Shown here piece after piece: positions 19,314 to 29,231 of a DNA stretch of 64,000 nt. The DNA lies in NCBI GenBank assembly GCA_963713825.1, contig CAVQNG010000003.1:256001-320000 (forward strand). The letters run 5' to 3'. Below the pieces are notes generated by a model. The model was given only the letters and a program-made list of their open reading frames with translations, made no database searches and had not been told where the DNA came from. Source of the DNA: an uncultured Acidobacteriota bacterium (lineage in GTDB: Bacteria; Acidobacteriota; Thermoanaerobaculia; Multivoradales; JAHEKO01). A program made the position numbers and the translations under genes. Numbering within the stretch: position 1 is the first letter of the stretch; every line of letters starts with the position of its first letter.

Positions 19314-22300
19314 GTGCAGATCGCAAGGGTCCGCTGGCCTGGTTCGCCACCAACCATGTAGCGGCCAACATCCTGATGCTGTTCATCCTGGTGGCTGGAG
19401 GGCTGTCGCTGGCTAGCGTGGTCGTCGAAACTTTTCCCGAGTTCGACGCCGGAATGATCACGGTCCGTGTTCCCTACCGCGGCGCCTCACCGGCAGAGGC
19501 CGAGGAAGGAGTCTGTGTTCGCGTCGAGGAGGCGATCGCTTCGATCGAGGGGATCAAGCGAATCCGCTCGACAGCCCAGGAGAACCTGGGGCTGGTGACA
19601 GTCGAGCTCGAAGAAGACGCCGACAATCGAAAGGTGCTGGACGACGTCAAGGCAGCCGTCGATCGTATCGAGACCTTTCCGCTCGAGACCGAGAAGCCGG
19701 TCGTCGCCGAAGTCGAAACCCGGCGCCGAGTGATCACGATCGTGCTTTCCGGCGAAGCTTCCGAGAAAAGCCTGAAAGCTCTGGCCGAGCGCGTCCGTGA
19801 CGAATTGACCGCATTGGAAGGCATCTCACAGGTGGAGATCACCGGCGTTCGCAACTATGAGATCTCTATCGAGGTATCGGAGGACGCCCTGCGCCGGTAC
19901 GGCCTCAGCTTCCAGCAGGTTTCGAATGCCATCGCGATGTCCTCCCTCGATCTGCCAGGGGGAGCTGTCAAGACGAGTGGTGGCGAAATCCTCCTGCGCA
20001 CGAAAGGCCAGATGTACCGCGGCTCGGAGTTCGAGGACATCGTCGTGGTCACGAGAGCCGATGGTACCCAGGTCCATCTCGCCGATGTCGCCACGGTCGT
20101 CGACGGCTTCGAGGACACCAGCAACGCGACCCGTTTCGATGGCAAGCGAGGAGTCCAGATCCAGGTCTACAGAGTCGGCGGTGAAGGCGCACTGCACATC
20201 GCCGACACAACCAGACAGTATGTCCACGATCTCGAGGCGGTTCTACCAGCTGGAATCACGGCTGACACCTGGGATGACGACTCCGTCATCCTGCGGCAAA
20301 GGATCGGGTTGCTGCTGCGCAACGCTCGCCTTGGCCTGATTCTGGTCTTCCTCTGTTTGACCCTCTTTCTGAACCTGCGACTCGCTTTCTGGACGACGAT
20401 GGGAATCCCCATCTCCTTCCTCGGCGGCTTCTGGCTCGTGCCCCACTTCGATGTGACCATCAACATGATCTCGCTCTTTGCCTTCATCATTGTCCTCGGC
20501 ATCGTGGTCGATGACGCCATCGTGGTCGGCGAGAACATCTACGAGCATCTGCAGCAGGGAATGAAGCCCATCGATGCTGCCATTCGTGGCGTTCGCGAGA
20601 TGGCGATCCCGGTGACGTTCGCGATCCTCACCTCGATAGCGGCCTTCGCACCGCTGCTCTTCGTTGCCGGCAACATGGGCAAGGTCATGCGCCAGATCCC
20701 GATCGTCGTGATCTCGGTTCTGATCATGTCCCTGGTCGAGGCGCTGCTCATCCTTCCAGCTCATCTGTCCGGTGACGGCTGGCGATCGCACCGCTTCATT
20801 CGGCCACTCATCGAGTTCCTGGAGGGCATACAGAACCGGGTGCAAGAGTGGCTTCAGCGGTTCATCGATGGCCCCTACCGAAGGAGCCTCGATTTTGCAG
20901 TCGAATGGCGCTATCTGACAGTGGCAGGAGCCATCGTCTGCTTGCTGCTGGCAGGCGCGCTGGTAGGAGGCGGCTATCTCAAGTTCAGCTTCATGCCCAA
21001 GGTCGACGCCGACAACATGGTGGCCATGCTGACCATGCCCCAGGGAACACCCGCGGAGCAGACAGCGAAGGTGCTGGAACGGGTCGAGAACGCCGCGGTT
21101 CAGGTAGCCCGTCAGAACGACGAAGGGCAGCCCGATGGCGCGCCATCGATCATCCAGCACATGTCGACGACCATCGGTGATCAGCCTAGAGCCGGGGGTG
21201 GCGGGCCCATGGCCCAGAAATCGACTGCCGGTGACTCCTCCCACCTGGGTGAGGTCAACATCGAACTGCTGGGCTCGGAGTCACGGGACATCAGCTCTGC
21301 CGTGCTTCTGGGCCGTTGGCGGGACCTCGTCGGAGAAGTCCCTGGCGTCGTGTCGCTGACGTTTCAGGCCAACCTCTTCTCCGCCGGAGACCCCATCAGT
21401 GTCCAACTCGCCCATCGAGATTTCGACACCCTGCTGGCAGCGGTCGATCGGCTGAAGGGAATCATCGCCGAATACCCGGGTACCAAGGATGTGGCCGATT
21501 CCTTCTTGCCAGGCAAGAAGGAGCTCAAGCTAACCCTAACGCCCGAAGGACGAGCCGCTGGCCTGACGTTGTCGGATCTCGCTCGACAGGTTCGAGCCGG
21601 CTTCTATGGCCAGGAAGTCCAGCGCGTCCAGCGAGGGCGCGACGATGTCCGCGTCATGGTGCGTTACCCCGAGGCCGAGAGGCGCTCGATGGGTGATATC
21701 GAAAGGGTCCGGGTCCGGCTCCCTGACGGCAGCGAAGTGCCCTTCGCGACGGTGGCCAGTATCGAGGAAGGCAGAGGCTACGCGGTGATCAACCGTACTG
21801 ATCGGCGACGCGTCGTCACAGTGTCTTCCGATGTCGACGAGGCCGTGGCCAATGCCAACGAGATCAACGCGGACCTGCGCAGCGATGTCTTGCCCCTGCT
21901 GGCAGCTGAATATCCCGGCCTGACTTTCGATTTCGAGGGCGAGCAGCGTGAGCAGCAAGACGCCATGGGCAGCATGGCTCGCAACTTTCTCGTCGCCCAG
22001 ATCGCGATCTTCGCCATCCTGGCGATCCCCTTCAAGTCCTATACGCAGCCCCTGATCATCATGTCTGCGATTCCCTTCGGCCTGGTTGGTGCGGTTCTGG
22101 GTCACCTGATCATGGGCCTGAACCTGACACTACTGTCCATCATGGGCATGATCGCGCTGACTGGAGTCGTGGTGAACGACTCCCTGATTCTGATCGACCT
22201 GATCAATCGTCTGCGAGCCGAAGGCAATTCGATCAACCAGGCAATTCGCGATGCCGGAATGCGCCGTTTCCGACCAATCATGCTGACCACGGCCACGACG

Positions 22301-22510
22301 TTCCTGGGCCTGTCGCCAATGATCTTCGAGACCAGCATGCAGGCGAAGTTCCTGATCCCGATGGCCGTGAGTCTTGGCTACGGCATCGTCTTCGCCACCG
22401 CCATCACCCTGATCCTGGTGCCCTCCCTCTACCGGATTCTCGAGGACTTCAAGGCCATGCTCGGAGGTGCCACCGAGGAGGTGCCAGCGGAGCAGCCCGC
22501 AGCGATATGA
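19310..22510 (+). CDS. RND efflux permease (AcrB/AcrD/AcrF family)
   Basis: 1066 aa; GIVVDDAIVVGEN, GVVVNDS, RFRPIMLT. Confidence 0.96.
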   Translation: MSADRKGPLAWFATNHVAANILMLFILVAGGLSLASVVVETFPEFDAGMITVRVPYRGASPAEAEEGVCVRVEEAIASIEGIKRIRSTAQENLGLVTVELEEDADNRKVLDDVKAAVDRIETFPLETEKPVVAEVETRRRVITIVLSGEASEKSLKALAERVRDELTALEGISQVEITGVRNYEISIEVSEDALRRYGLSFQQVSNAIAMSSLDLPGGAVKTSGGEILLRTKGQMYRGSEFEDIVVVTRADGTQVHLADVATVVDGFEDTSNATRFDGKRGVQIQVYRVGGEGALHIADTTRQYVHDLEAVLPAGITADTWDDDSVILRQRIGLLLRNARLGLILVFLCLTLFLNLRLAFWTTMGIPISFLGGFWLVPHFDVTINMISLFAFIIVLGIVVDDAIVVGENIYEHLQQGMKPIDAAIRGVREMAIPVTFAILTSIAAFAPLLFVAGNMGKVMRQIPIVVISVLIMSLVEALLILPAHLSGDGWRSHRFIRPLIEFLEGIQNRVQEWLQRFIDGPYRRSLDFAVEWRYLTVAGAIVCLLLAGALVGGGYLKFSFMPKVDADNMVAMLTMPQGTPAEQTAKVLERVENAAVQVARQNDEGQPDGAPSIIQHMSTTIGDQPRAGGGGPMAQKSTAGDSSHLGEVNIELLGSESRDISSAVLLGRWRDLVGEVPGVVSLTFQANLFSAGDPISVQLAHRDFDTLLAAVDRLKGIIAEYPGTKDVADSFLPGKKELKLTLTPEGRAAGLTLSDLARQVRAGFYGQEVQRVQRGRDDVRVMVRYPEAERRSMGDIERVRVRLPDGSEVPFATVASIEEGRGYAVINRTDRRRVVTVSSDVDEAVANANEINADLRSDVLPLLAAEYPGLTFDFEGEQREQQDAMGSMARNFLVAQIAIFAILAIPFKSYTQPLIIMSAIPFGLVGAVLGHLIMGLNLTLLSIMGMIALTGVVVNDSLILIDLINRLRAEGNSINQAIRDAGMRRFRPIMLTTATTFLGLSPMIFETSMQAKFLIPMAVSLGYGIVFATAITLILVPSLYRILEDFKAMLGGATEEVPAEQPAAI

Positions 22511-22590
22511 GTTTGGAAAGAGCTTGACAGCCGGGGCAAGGGTCTATACTCTCTCTGCGCGTTTTGCACGTTTCTTGGAGAACAAGCCCT

Positions 22591-23364
22591 ATGAGAACCC
22601 CGAAATTTACTGCATTCCGACTATTTGCTCTCTCGCTCATCACCTTGCTGGCCGCGCAGGAAATGGCTTCTGCCCAGGAGGTTCCCCGCTTCCAGATCGA
22701 GCTCGAAGCCGGCCCTGTCTGGCAGAGTCGCAACGATGTTCAGATCCCCAATGACGAAACCGGGACACGCTTCTCACTGAAAGATCTGGCTGGCAGCGGT
22801 CCCTGGTTCACAGGTCGGTTCTATGCCACCTGGAATATCAAGCCACGCCACGGCTTGAGACTGCTTCTCGCGCCCCTCTCCTACACCGAGACGGGGACTT
22901 TCGACGAAGCTGTGGACTTTGTCGGCGAGACCTATCAGCCTGGAGAACCGACCGAAGCCACCTACCAGTTCAACTCCTGGCGCCTGTCCTACCGGTACAT
23001 GGTTCGCAACGGCGAGCGCTGGCGTTGGTGGGTGGGATTCACCGCCAAGGCTAGAGACGCCAAAGTGGAGCTGCGGCAAGGCGACACCACAAGCAAGGAC
23101 ACGGATGTCGGATTCGTGCCCCTGCTCCACCTGGCGGCACACTGGAGGCTCGCAGAGCGTTGGAGGTTCCTGTTCGACTTCGACGGCCTGGCCGGTGGAC
23201 CAGGGCGGGCGGTGGATCTCGCCCTCAAGCTGGCCTACGACTTCGACGATTCGTGGAGCGTCACTGCCGGCTACCGAACGGTGGAAGGCGGTGCCGACAC
23301 TGACGAGGTCTACAACTTCGCCTGGTTCAACGCCTTCGTGGTGTCGGGTATCTACCGCTTCTAA
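22591..23364 (+). CDS. Outer membrane beta-barrel hypothetical protein
   Basis: Signal peptide, amphipathic strands, C-terminal YRF. Upstream TTGACA(22524)-N17-TACTCT. Confidence 0.7.
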   Translation: MRTPKFTAFRLFALSLITLLAAQEMASAQEVPRFQIELEAGPVWQSRNDVQIPNDETGTRFSLKDLAGSGPWFTGRFYATWNIKPRHGLRLLLAPLSYTETGTFDEAVDFVGETYQPGEPTEATYQFNSWRLSYRYMVRNGERWRWWVGFTAKARDAKVELRQGDTTSKDTDVGFVPLLHLAAHWRLAERWRFLFDFDGLAGGPGRAVDLALKLAYDFDDSWSVTAGYRTVEGGADTDEVYNFAWFNAFVVSGIYRF

Positions 23365-23378
23365 CAGCTGGGCGGGGC

Positions 23379-24233
23379 TCAGACCTCGCGGGTCATCTCG
23401 TACTGGTCCACCAGAGGTTCGAATCCGACCCGCTCGAGGAAGCTCGCCATCCCAGAGTCCGCACCATCGACGTTCTGCAGCCTGACAGTCTCGATCCCTT
23501 CGGGAAGCGACTCGACCAGGCCCTGTATGAGGGCTCGCCCGACTCCCTGGCGCCGGTAGGAGGGCTCGACCACAATCGTGAGGATCCAGTTGAGCATCGG
23601 GGTATAGGCGACAGCCCCGATACAGGCTTCGCCGTCGAACGCAGCCACGACGACCAGCTCGTCAGGTATCCGGTCGATGGACGCGAAGCTGTTCTCCCAA
23701 GAAGGTCGCCAGTCGGCGTACTCGGCGAGGTTGGAAATGACCCGGCGGTCCGCCAATCGCGTCGGCAGCGGATCCGGGCTGGCCGATGTGGATGGCAAAT
23801 CCTCGATCTTCAGCTCGAAGCACTTCAACTCCCGGCTGACTTCGAATCCCGCCTTCCGATAGGCCCGAATCGCCGGGTCGTTGTCTTTCAGAACCTCCAG
23901 AACGAAGCACTCCACACCCCTGCCTTTCAAACTGGGCAGCGCGTGCTCGAACATGAACCTGGCGAGCCCCTTTCCACGGTAGCCGCTGACGATGCCTGTC
24001 GCCGCGTCGAAGGCGCCCAGCCCACCTTGCCACTCATCGATACCGATCAGGGTGAAGCCGACCATCCGGTCCCCATCGAAGGCGCCGACGGATGCATCCC
24101 AATCCACCGCGTTCTTGACGCAGCGCACTCTGAGACGCTCCTCTGTGAGCGATCTCATGTCCATCGCGTAGTCTGCGAAAGCCTCCTGGAAGGCTCTATG
24201 GATCTGTTGGCGAGAGACGCGATCGATTCTCAT
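23379..24233 (-). CDS. Tandem-domain GNAT acetyltransferase
   Basis: YRGKGLA...NDPAIRAYRKAGF and YRRQGVGRAL...FLERVGF. Confidence 0.9.
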   Translation of the reverse strand: MRIDRVSRQQIHRAFQEAFADYAMDMRSLTEERLRVRCVKNAVDWDASVGAFDGDRMVGFTLIGIDEWQGGLGAFDAATGIVSGYRGKGLARFMFEHALPSLKGRGVECFVLEVLKDNDPAIRAYRKAGFEVSRELKCFELKIEDLPSTSASPDPLPTRLADRRVISNLAEYADWRPSWENSFASIDRIPDELVVVAAFDGEACIGAVAYTPMLNWILTIVVEPSYRRQGVGRALIQGLVESLPEGIETVRLQNVDGADSGMASFLERVGFEPLVDQYEMTREV

Positions 24234-24253
24234 GGCTCGCAGATTCTAGCGAT

Positions 24254-25795
24254 TCATCGAAGGGCCGCCTCAGGCGCCGATCCCGAGTCCGAGCTCGCTC
24301 TCCGGGCGACCGAGATGGCGAGGCGCTGGCTCGGTCGCCAGTGGCTCCAGTGACGGAACTCCTTCTCCATCGGACCATCCCTGACGATCGACCAGTCGAA
24401 GCCTCCGCACAGGCTCTCGATCCAGCTCCGAGCAATCATCATGGTCAGGTGGACGCCGTTGCAGGCGTGAGGACCGAACCCGAACGGCGAGTACTGACTG
24501 CTGTCGAATCGATGGTTCAAGAACCGATCGGGGTCGAAGGTGTCCGCGTCGCTGAAGACCTCAGGGTCGGCGTGGCTCTCTCGGACGCATACTCTCAGCA
24601 GCCACTTGGCCGGCATGGTGAATCCATCGACCTCGAGGTCTTCGATGATCTCTCGATACAGGTACTCGCTCTGCGCCAAGCGCAGCGTCTCCATGACGAT
24701 GCGGTCCGAGAGACTCGAATCGTTGTCCGAGTCGAGCTCGGATCGCAGCCGAGACACCCACTCGGGATGGTCGCCCAGAATCTTGACCAGCCACCGGAGC
24801 AGCGCCACCACATTGTCGGAAGAAATCTTGTGAATGAAGAGGAGGTTGTCGACAGCTGTCGGGTCCGGCATCGCCTCATCGGCTCGAACCAGTTGACCGA
24901 GAGCGGACGATGAAACTGGCCCCTCCGGTGCAGCCCGCAGCGATTCGGCCTCCAGGTTCACCCACCGGCGAAGCTCTTCCAAGGACTCGAGAGCTGCTCT
25001 GCTCAGGGAAGAACCGAGCGGCTGGGCGCTGAAAGCTGGGTAGATCTCCTCGAATCGGTCGAAAGACTGACTTCCTTCCTCCACACCGAAGAGCACACTG
25101 AGAAACGACCGGCTGACCAGTCGCTTCTGGAAAGGCTCCGGCGAGATGGATTGGCCCTGAGCACTGGCCTTGGCCATGTCCTCGAGCTCGTCCAATGCCG
25201 CCAACCTGGTCGTCGGCTCGGACTCGCCAACGATGGCCGGACTCAGCGAAGCCCGAAAAAGGCCGGCGTACTTGCGATGGGTGTCGTCAGCCATGTAGCG
25301 CAGGAAGCCGCCTGGAACCTCGAGGTTGAACGGCTGAACCGACGGCCCGAGGTTCTTCCGATAGTCCCGCAAGATCCGATGGCCGCGCTCGAGTCCGACC
25401 ACGCAGATGACGCCGCGATGAAACTGCGCCATCTTGAAGACCGGCCCATACCGCTTCGCTTGCCAAGAATAGAAATCCCGCTCGATAAGGGCCTCGATCG
25501 ACCTCCATGGAGACAAGCTCCCAGGGGGCAGGCCGCGGTCGCGGCCAAAACCGACACGACTTCGCCAGGCCGACGCTCCTGCGGTCAAGACCGCGATAGC
25601 GGTCACCCAAGGAAGCCAGCTCGGCTGCACTACTGCCAGAATCACCAGCGCTACCAGGCTGACGAGGGCCGCAACCGCCAGCGCCGACCATTGTCGCGGT
25701 GCTACCTGACGAAACGACGGCTTGGCCAGCAACCTCAGGGCCGGCCACAAGCAGGCTAGTAACACGACCAACAGGAACAAGGATGCAGGGCTCAC
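24254..25795 (-). CDS. Cytochrome P450 with multi-helix N-terminal membrane anchor
   Basis: ETLR (ExxR), FDPDRF, heme motif FGFGPHACNG; GTGA overlap with the upstream sulfotransferase stop. Confidence 0.9.
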   Translation of the reverse strand: MSPASLFLLVVLLACLWPALRLLAKPSFRQVAPRQWSALAVAALVSLVALVILAVVQPSWLPWVTAIAVLTAGASAWRSRVGFGRDRGLPPGSLSPWRSIEALIERDFYSWQAKRYGPVFKMAQFHRGVICVVGLERGHRILRDYRKNLGPSVQPFNLEVPGGFLRYMADDTHRKYAGLFRASLSPAIVGESEPTTRLAALDELEDMAKASAQGQSISPEPFQKRLVSRSFLSVLFGVEEGSQSFDRFEEIYPAFSAQPLGSSLSRAALESLEELRRWVNLEAESLRAAPEGPVSSSALGQLVRADEAMPDPTAVDNLLFIHKISSDNVVALLRWLVKILGDHPEWVSRLRSELDSDNDSSLSDRIVMETLRLAQSEYLYREIIEDLEVDGFTMPAKWLLRVCVRESHADPEVFSDADTFDPDRFLNHRFDSSQYSPFGFGPHACNGVHLTMMIARSWIESLCGGFDWSIVRDGPMEKEFRHWSHWRPSQRLAISVARRASSDSGSAPEAALR

Positions 25796-26694
25796 GGCTC
25801 CAGCCACTCCCTCAGGTCTCGGTCGATGAGCGCCTGGCATCGCTCAGTGTCCGCCGCCAACGCCTGGCCGATTCGCGCCCGCAACCCTGGTGCGAGCGGC
25901 GGCTTGTCCAGGTCTTTCAGAAACAACGGTGCCGCCAAGCGTCTCACTCTCTCGGGCAGCATCGGTCGCAATGCCGTTCGCAATCCGACACTGCTCGTCC
26001 AAAGCGCTTTCCGCAGAGCACCACGCACCTCACCGCTTGGATGATGCCTCGACATGCTAATCGTTGCGCTCGGAGCTCGATCGACTCCGAGAAAGGAGAA
26101 GAGGTCGCCCAGAAGATCTCGGGGAGAGTCACATAGCTCCTCGAAGAGATAGACCCGGATCTGCTCCTTGGGAAAGACCTCGAAATAGCGACCCAGGAAG
26201 TGTCCGTACCGCGAGCAACCCAGATAGCTTCCAAACGCCACTTCGTCGGGCAGTCCCTCCGCCAGCTCCTCTTCGAGGACCGCTTCGAAACTCTCCCGAG
26301 TCTCCAAGCCATCCCGCTTCCGTCCCATGTAGTGGGCCCAGGCGCGTTCCGCCGGGGCGCGCAAGATCGCCACCAACTTGGCCTCGGGGCACGAGCCACA
26401 AATGCGCTCCGGAGCGGCCCAGCTCTGCAGGTAAACGGGCGAGACCTCGCCAATCGAAGCTCCTTCCCGTGCGCCAGAGAAGAGGCCCTCGTAGCTCTCG
26501 CGATCGGCAACCCACTGACCCATCATCTGCCTGGCGACGGGCCCTTCCCGCGCCGGAATCGAATCGGCCGACACGAAAAAGTTGGGTGACTTCCTGGGGC
26601 ACATGAAGATCTCTGGATGCTGGCCCAAGTAGTTGTGCAGCGAGGTCGTGCCGGAGCGACTGGCACCAATCACGAGGAAGTCAGGCAGAGGCAT
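25792..26694 (-). CDS. Sulfotransferase family protein
   Basis: LPDFLVIGASRSGTTSL...QHPEI, GEVSPVY, LRAPAERAW. Confidence 0.9.
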   Translation of the reverse strand: MPLPDFLVIGASRSGTTSLHNYLGQHPEIFMCPRKSPNFFVSADSIPAREGPVARQMMGQWVADRESYEGLFSGAREGASIGEVSPVYLQSWAAPERICGSCPEAKLVAILRAPAERAWAHYMGRKRDGLETRESFEAVLEEELAEGLPDEVAFGSYLGCSRYGHFLGRYFEVFPKEQIRVYLFEELCDSPRDLLGDLFSFLGVDRAPSATISMSRHHPSGEVRGALRKALWTSSVGLRTALRPMLPERVRRLAAPLFLKDLDKPPLAPGLRARIGQALAADTERCQALIDRDLREWLEP

Positions 26695-26732
26695 TGGCAA
26701 GGGAGTCTGGAGGATATCTCGTCGAGGTCGAG

Positions 26733-27632
26733 CTATTGGAGCCAGGCCGACAGGTCTCGATCCATCCAGTCTTGGAGCTTCAACACATCGTCGCGGAACA
26801 GCGCGATGAGCTCGGAGCGGATCTCCGGGTCCAACGGTCTGTCGACGCGCTCCATGGGTAACAGATCAAAGATGGCATCTCTCATGCCGACAGGTAGAAA
26901 CGGCCGCAGTCGAGCGCGAAGGAGTCCGCTGCGCGTCCAAAGGTACCGCAACAGCGGCTGGCGTATCGTACCTCCGCTCGGATTGTGACGTCGCTCGACG
27001 AAGGGGCGAAATGCGCTGTCCACACCCAGGAATTCGAACAGGTCCGAGATCAGACCCTCGGAATCGCTCTTCAGATCCTCGAACAGCCGGACACAGAAGC
27101 TCTCGCGGGGAAACCTCTCCAAATAGGACTCGAGAAAGTGGAAGACGAGGCCGCTGGCCACATAGGTTCCCGAGGCATCGTCACGAATCAGACCCTCCTC
27201 TTGCTCCTGCCGGATGATCCCGGTGAAGCTCGTCCTCGTCTCGAGGCCGTCCCGGGTCCGACCCAGAAATCGGGCGTAGGCCCGCTCGACCGGGTTGCGG
27301 ACGATGCCCACCAGTTTCACCTCGGGTATCTGCTCGGCGATCCGCGGTGCGGCCAGCGTGGTCGCCAGATAGACGGGTGAGACCTCTCCAACCGCTCGTT
27401 CGCTCCGGACCCCATCGAAGAGCGCCTGGTACGCCTCGAAGTCCCGCACGAAGTAGTTGCGAGAGACCAGATGCTGGTACGGGTCTTCCGAAGGCGGAGC
27501 GTCGCAGCAGTAGAAGTAGCTGGGGGCCTTGTTTGCAGGGAGAAAGACATCTGGATGCTGCCCAAGGTAGTGATGCAACGAGGTTGTTCCGGAGCGCCCA
27601 GCTCCTATGACCAAGAAATTGGGAAGAGGCAT
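26733..27632 (-). CDS. Sulfotransferase family protein (paralog)
   Basis: LPNFLVIGAGRSGTTSL...QHPDV, GEVSPVY, VRNPVERAY. Confidence 0.9.
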   Translation of the reverse strand: MPLPNFLVIGAGRSGTTSLHHYLGQHPDVFLPANKAPSYFYCCDAPPSEDPYQHLVSRNYFVRDFEAYQALFDGVRSERAVGEVSPVYLATTLAAPRIAEQIPEVKLVGIVRNPVERAYARFLGRTRDGLETRTSFTGIIRQEQEEGLIRDDASGTYVASGLVFHFLESYLERFPRESFCVRLFEDLKSDSEGLISDLFEFLGVDSAFRPFVERRHNPSGGTIRQPLLRYLWTRSGLLRARLRPFLPVGMRDAIFDLLPMERVDRPLDPEIRSELIALFRDDVLKLQDWMDRDLSAWLQ

Positions 27633-27763
27633 CTTGGGTTTTCCGTCGTTGTTCTGAACCAAGCGTTGAAAAATGATACCGGATCGACCAAGACTGATAC
27701 CCTGCGGGTACCCTATTGACTCTCTACTTGGTCATCAGTAGTACAAAACTAGAGGACCCCTAG

Positions 27764-28369
27764 ATGAGGTTGAATCTCAAACTCGTATTCGTCGGCGTCT
27801 CTCTGACCATGTCTGCGGGAAGCGTCACCGCGGAGGTGCCCGACCAGGAGCTACAGATCTCAGGAGCCGTCAGCGCGGCCCCGGAAGATCGCCGTGATGG
27901 GGCTACCGTCATGGGGTACTCCAACGGGAGAGACTTGAAGGTGTTGCGCGAAGGCTCGAACGAGCTCATCTGCCTGGCAGACAAGCCGGGCGACGATCGG
28001 TTTCATGCCACCTGTTATCACGAGTCGCTGGAGGCCTATATGGCCCGTGGTCGTGAGCTGAGGGCGGAAGGCAGGGAGGGACCCGAGACCCTCGAAATCC
28101 GCCATCAGGAGGCGGACGCTGGCAAGCTGGAGATGCCCTCGACTCCAGCCACCATTTACAACCTTGGTGGACCGGCCGAGATCTTCGATCCCGCTACCGG
28201 TGAGGTTTCAGGCGGCAACTGGGTCTGGGCCGTCTACGTTCCCTATGCCACCGAAGAGTCCACAGGCCTCCCCACCTCGCCGCAGGCTCCTGGAGCCCCC
28301 TGGATCATGCGACCCGGAACGGCCTCCTCGCACATCATGGTGGTGCAGCCGCGCGATCCGCAGCCCTGA
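27764..28369 (+). CDS. Secreted hypothetical protein
   Basis: Signal peptide; CLAD...CYH, YVPYATEESTGLP, PWIMRPGT..SHIM; coding-like codon usage. Confidence 0.75.
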   Translation: MRLNLKLVFVGVSLTMSAGSVTAEVPDQELQISGAVSAAPEDRRDGATVMGYSNGRDLKVLREGSNELICLADKPGDDRFHATCYHESLEAYMARGRELRAEGREGPETLEIRHQEADAGKLEMPSTPATIYNLGGPAEIFDPATGEVSGGNWVWAVYVPYATEESTGLPTSPQAPGAPWIMRPGTASSHIMVVQPRDPQP

Positions 28370-28379
28370 CCCCGGACTC

Positions 28380-28443
28380 AAAAAAAGGGTCGGGCGCAGG
28401 CAGCTCATGGGAGTCTCCCGAAGCTGTACCGCGCCCGCCCGAC
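28380..28443 (-). terminator. Intrinsic terminator-like extended hairpin after the spondin gene
   Basis: Nested stems CGGGCGC/GCGCCCG, CAGCT/AGCTG and GGGA/TCCC, followed by a T7 run on the minus strand. Confidence 0.55.
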
Positions 28444-28461
28444 AGTCTGTTGAAGGTGTGT

Positions 28462-29127
28462 CTAGTTCTTGGTCACGTGTCGAACCACGATCTTGGCGAC
28501 GGGGTTGCGCCAGTCGTGATCCTCGGGACTCAAGGAGCCCCGGTCCTGGATTCCGGCATGGACATACACGAACCCTTCAGCGCCATCCTCCACCCGCACC
28601 CCTCCGTTGCCGCAGGGTGGGCCCGGAATGTGGTCGCAGTCCTGGGTGTTGGCTTCGCTTCCGGCATCCCAGGCCATGGCGTAGATTGAACTACTGAAGG
28701 CTGGTACGCGCTTCTCTCCAGCGAAGAAAGCGTCGTTCGTCGTCACCAGCATTCCGAGGGCGGTAATGTATCGGGCTCGCCCCCAGGCCTTGACCCGAAC
28801 CGATGTGGACTCACCGGGCAGCACCACACCCCCTCCGACCGCGACGCCGGCAACCTTGGGCTCGGCGCTCAGCAGGGCGACCAATGGGTCGTTGGCGGCA
28901 TCCTCGGCGAGGCCGGCGAGCTCAGGGATGGCTGGCTCACCTGGTGTAAACAGGTCGAAACTGCTCCGGTGCGAGTAGACGACCGGCGGGGCAAAGATCT
29001 GACCCTTCGTCAGGTTGGTGATGGTGACTTCGTAGGTCTGGGCGCTGGCCACTGCCGGCAGAGCTATCAAGCTCAGAAGTGCGGCAGCTCCGAGTATCCA
29101 GATTTGCGGTGTCTTGCTTCGACGCAT
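28462..29127 (-). CDS. Secreted spondin_N domain protein
   Basis: Signal peptide; YEVTITNLT, LAED, MLVTTNDAF, WDAGSEAN, VHAGI, WRNPVA. Confidence 0.88.
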   Translation of the reverse strand: MRRSKTPQIWILGAAALLSLIALPAVASAQTYEVTITNLTKGQIFAPPVVYSHRSSFDLFTPGEPAIPELAGLAEDAANDPLVALLSAEPKVAGVAVGGGVVLPGESTSVRVKAWGRARYITALGMLVTTNDAFFAGEKRVPAFSSSIYAMAWDAGSEANTQDCDHIPGPPCGNGGVRVEDGAEGFVYVHAGIQDRGSLSPEDHDWRNPVAKIVVRHVTKN

Positions 29128-29194
29128 CGTTCATCCTCCTCTTCCGTGGGTTGACCGTTCTCGCTTCGAACGAGAAGAGGATGACGGCAGGAGG

Positions 29195-29231
29195 TCACAG
29201 GGACCTCTCGGAAGTTTCACATTTTCATCAC
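29195..29231 (-). promoter_or_regulatory. Four-copy 11-bp-spaced direct repeat (OmpR-type box) upstream of spondin
   Basis: Plus-strand TCAC 29195, TCTC 29206, TCAC 29217, TCAC 29228. Confidence 0.65.
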
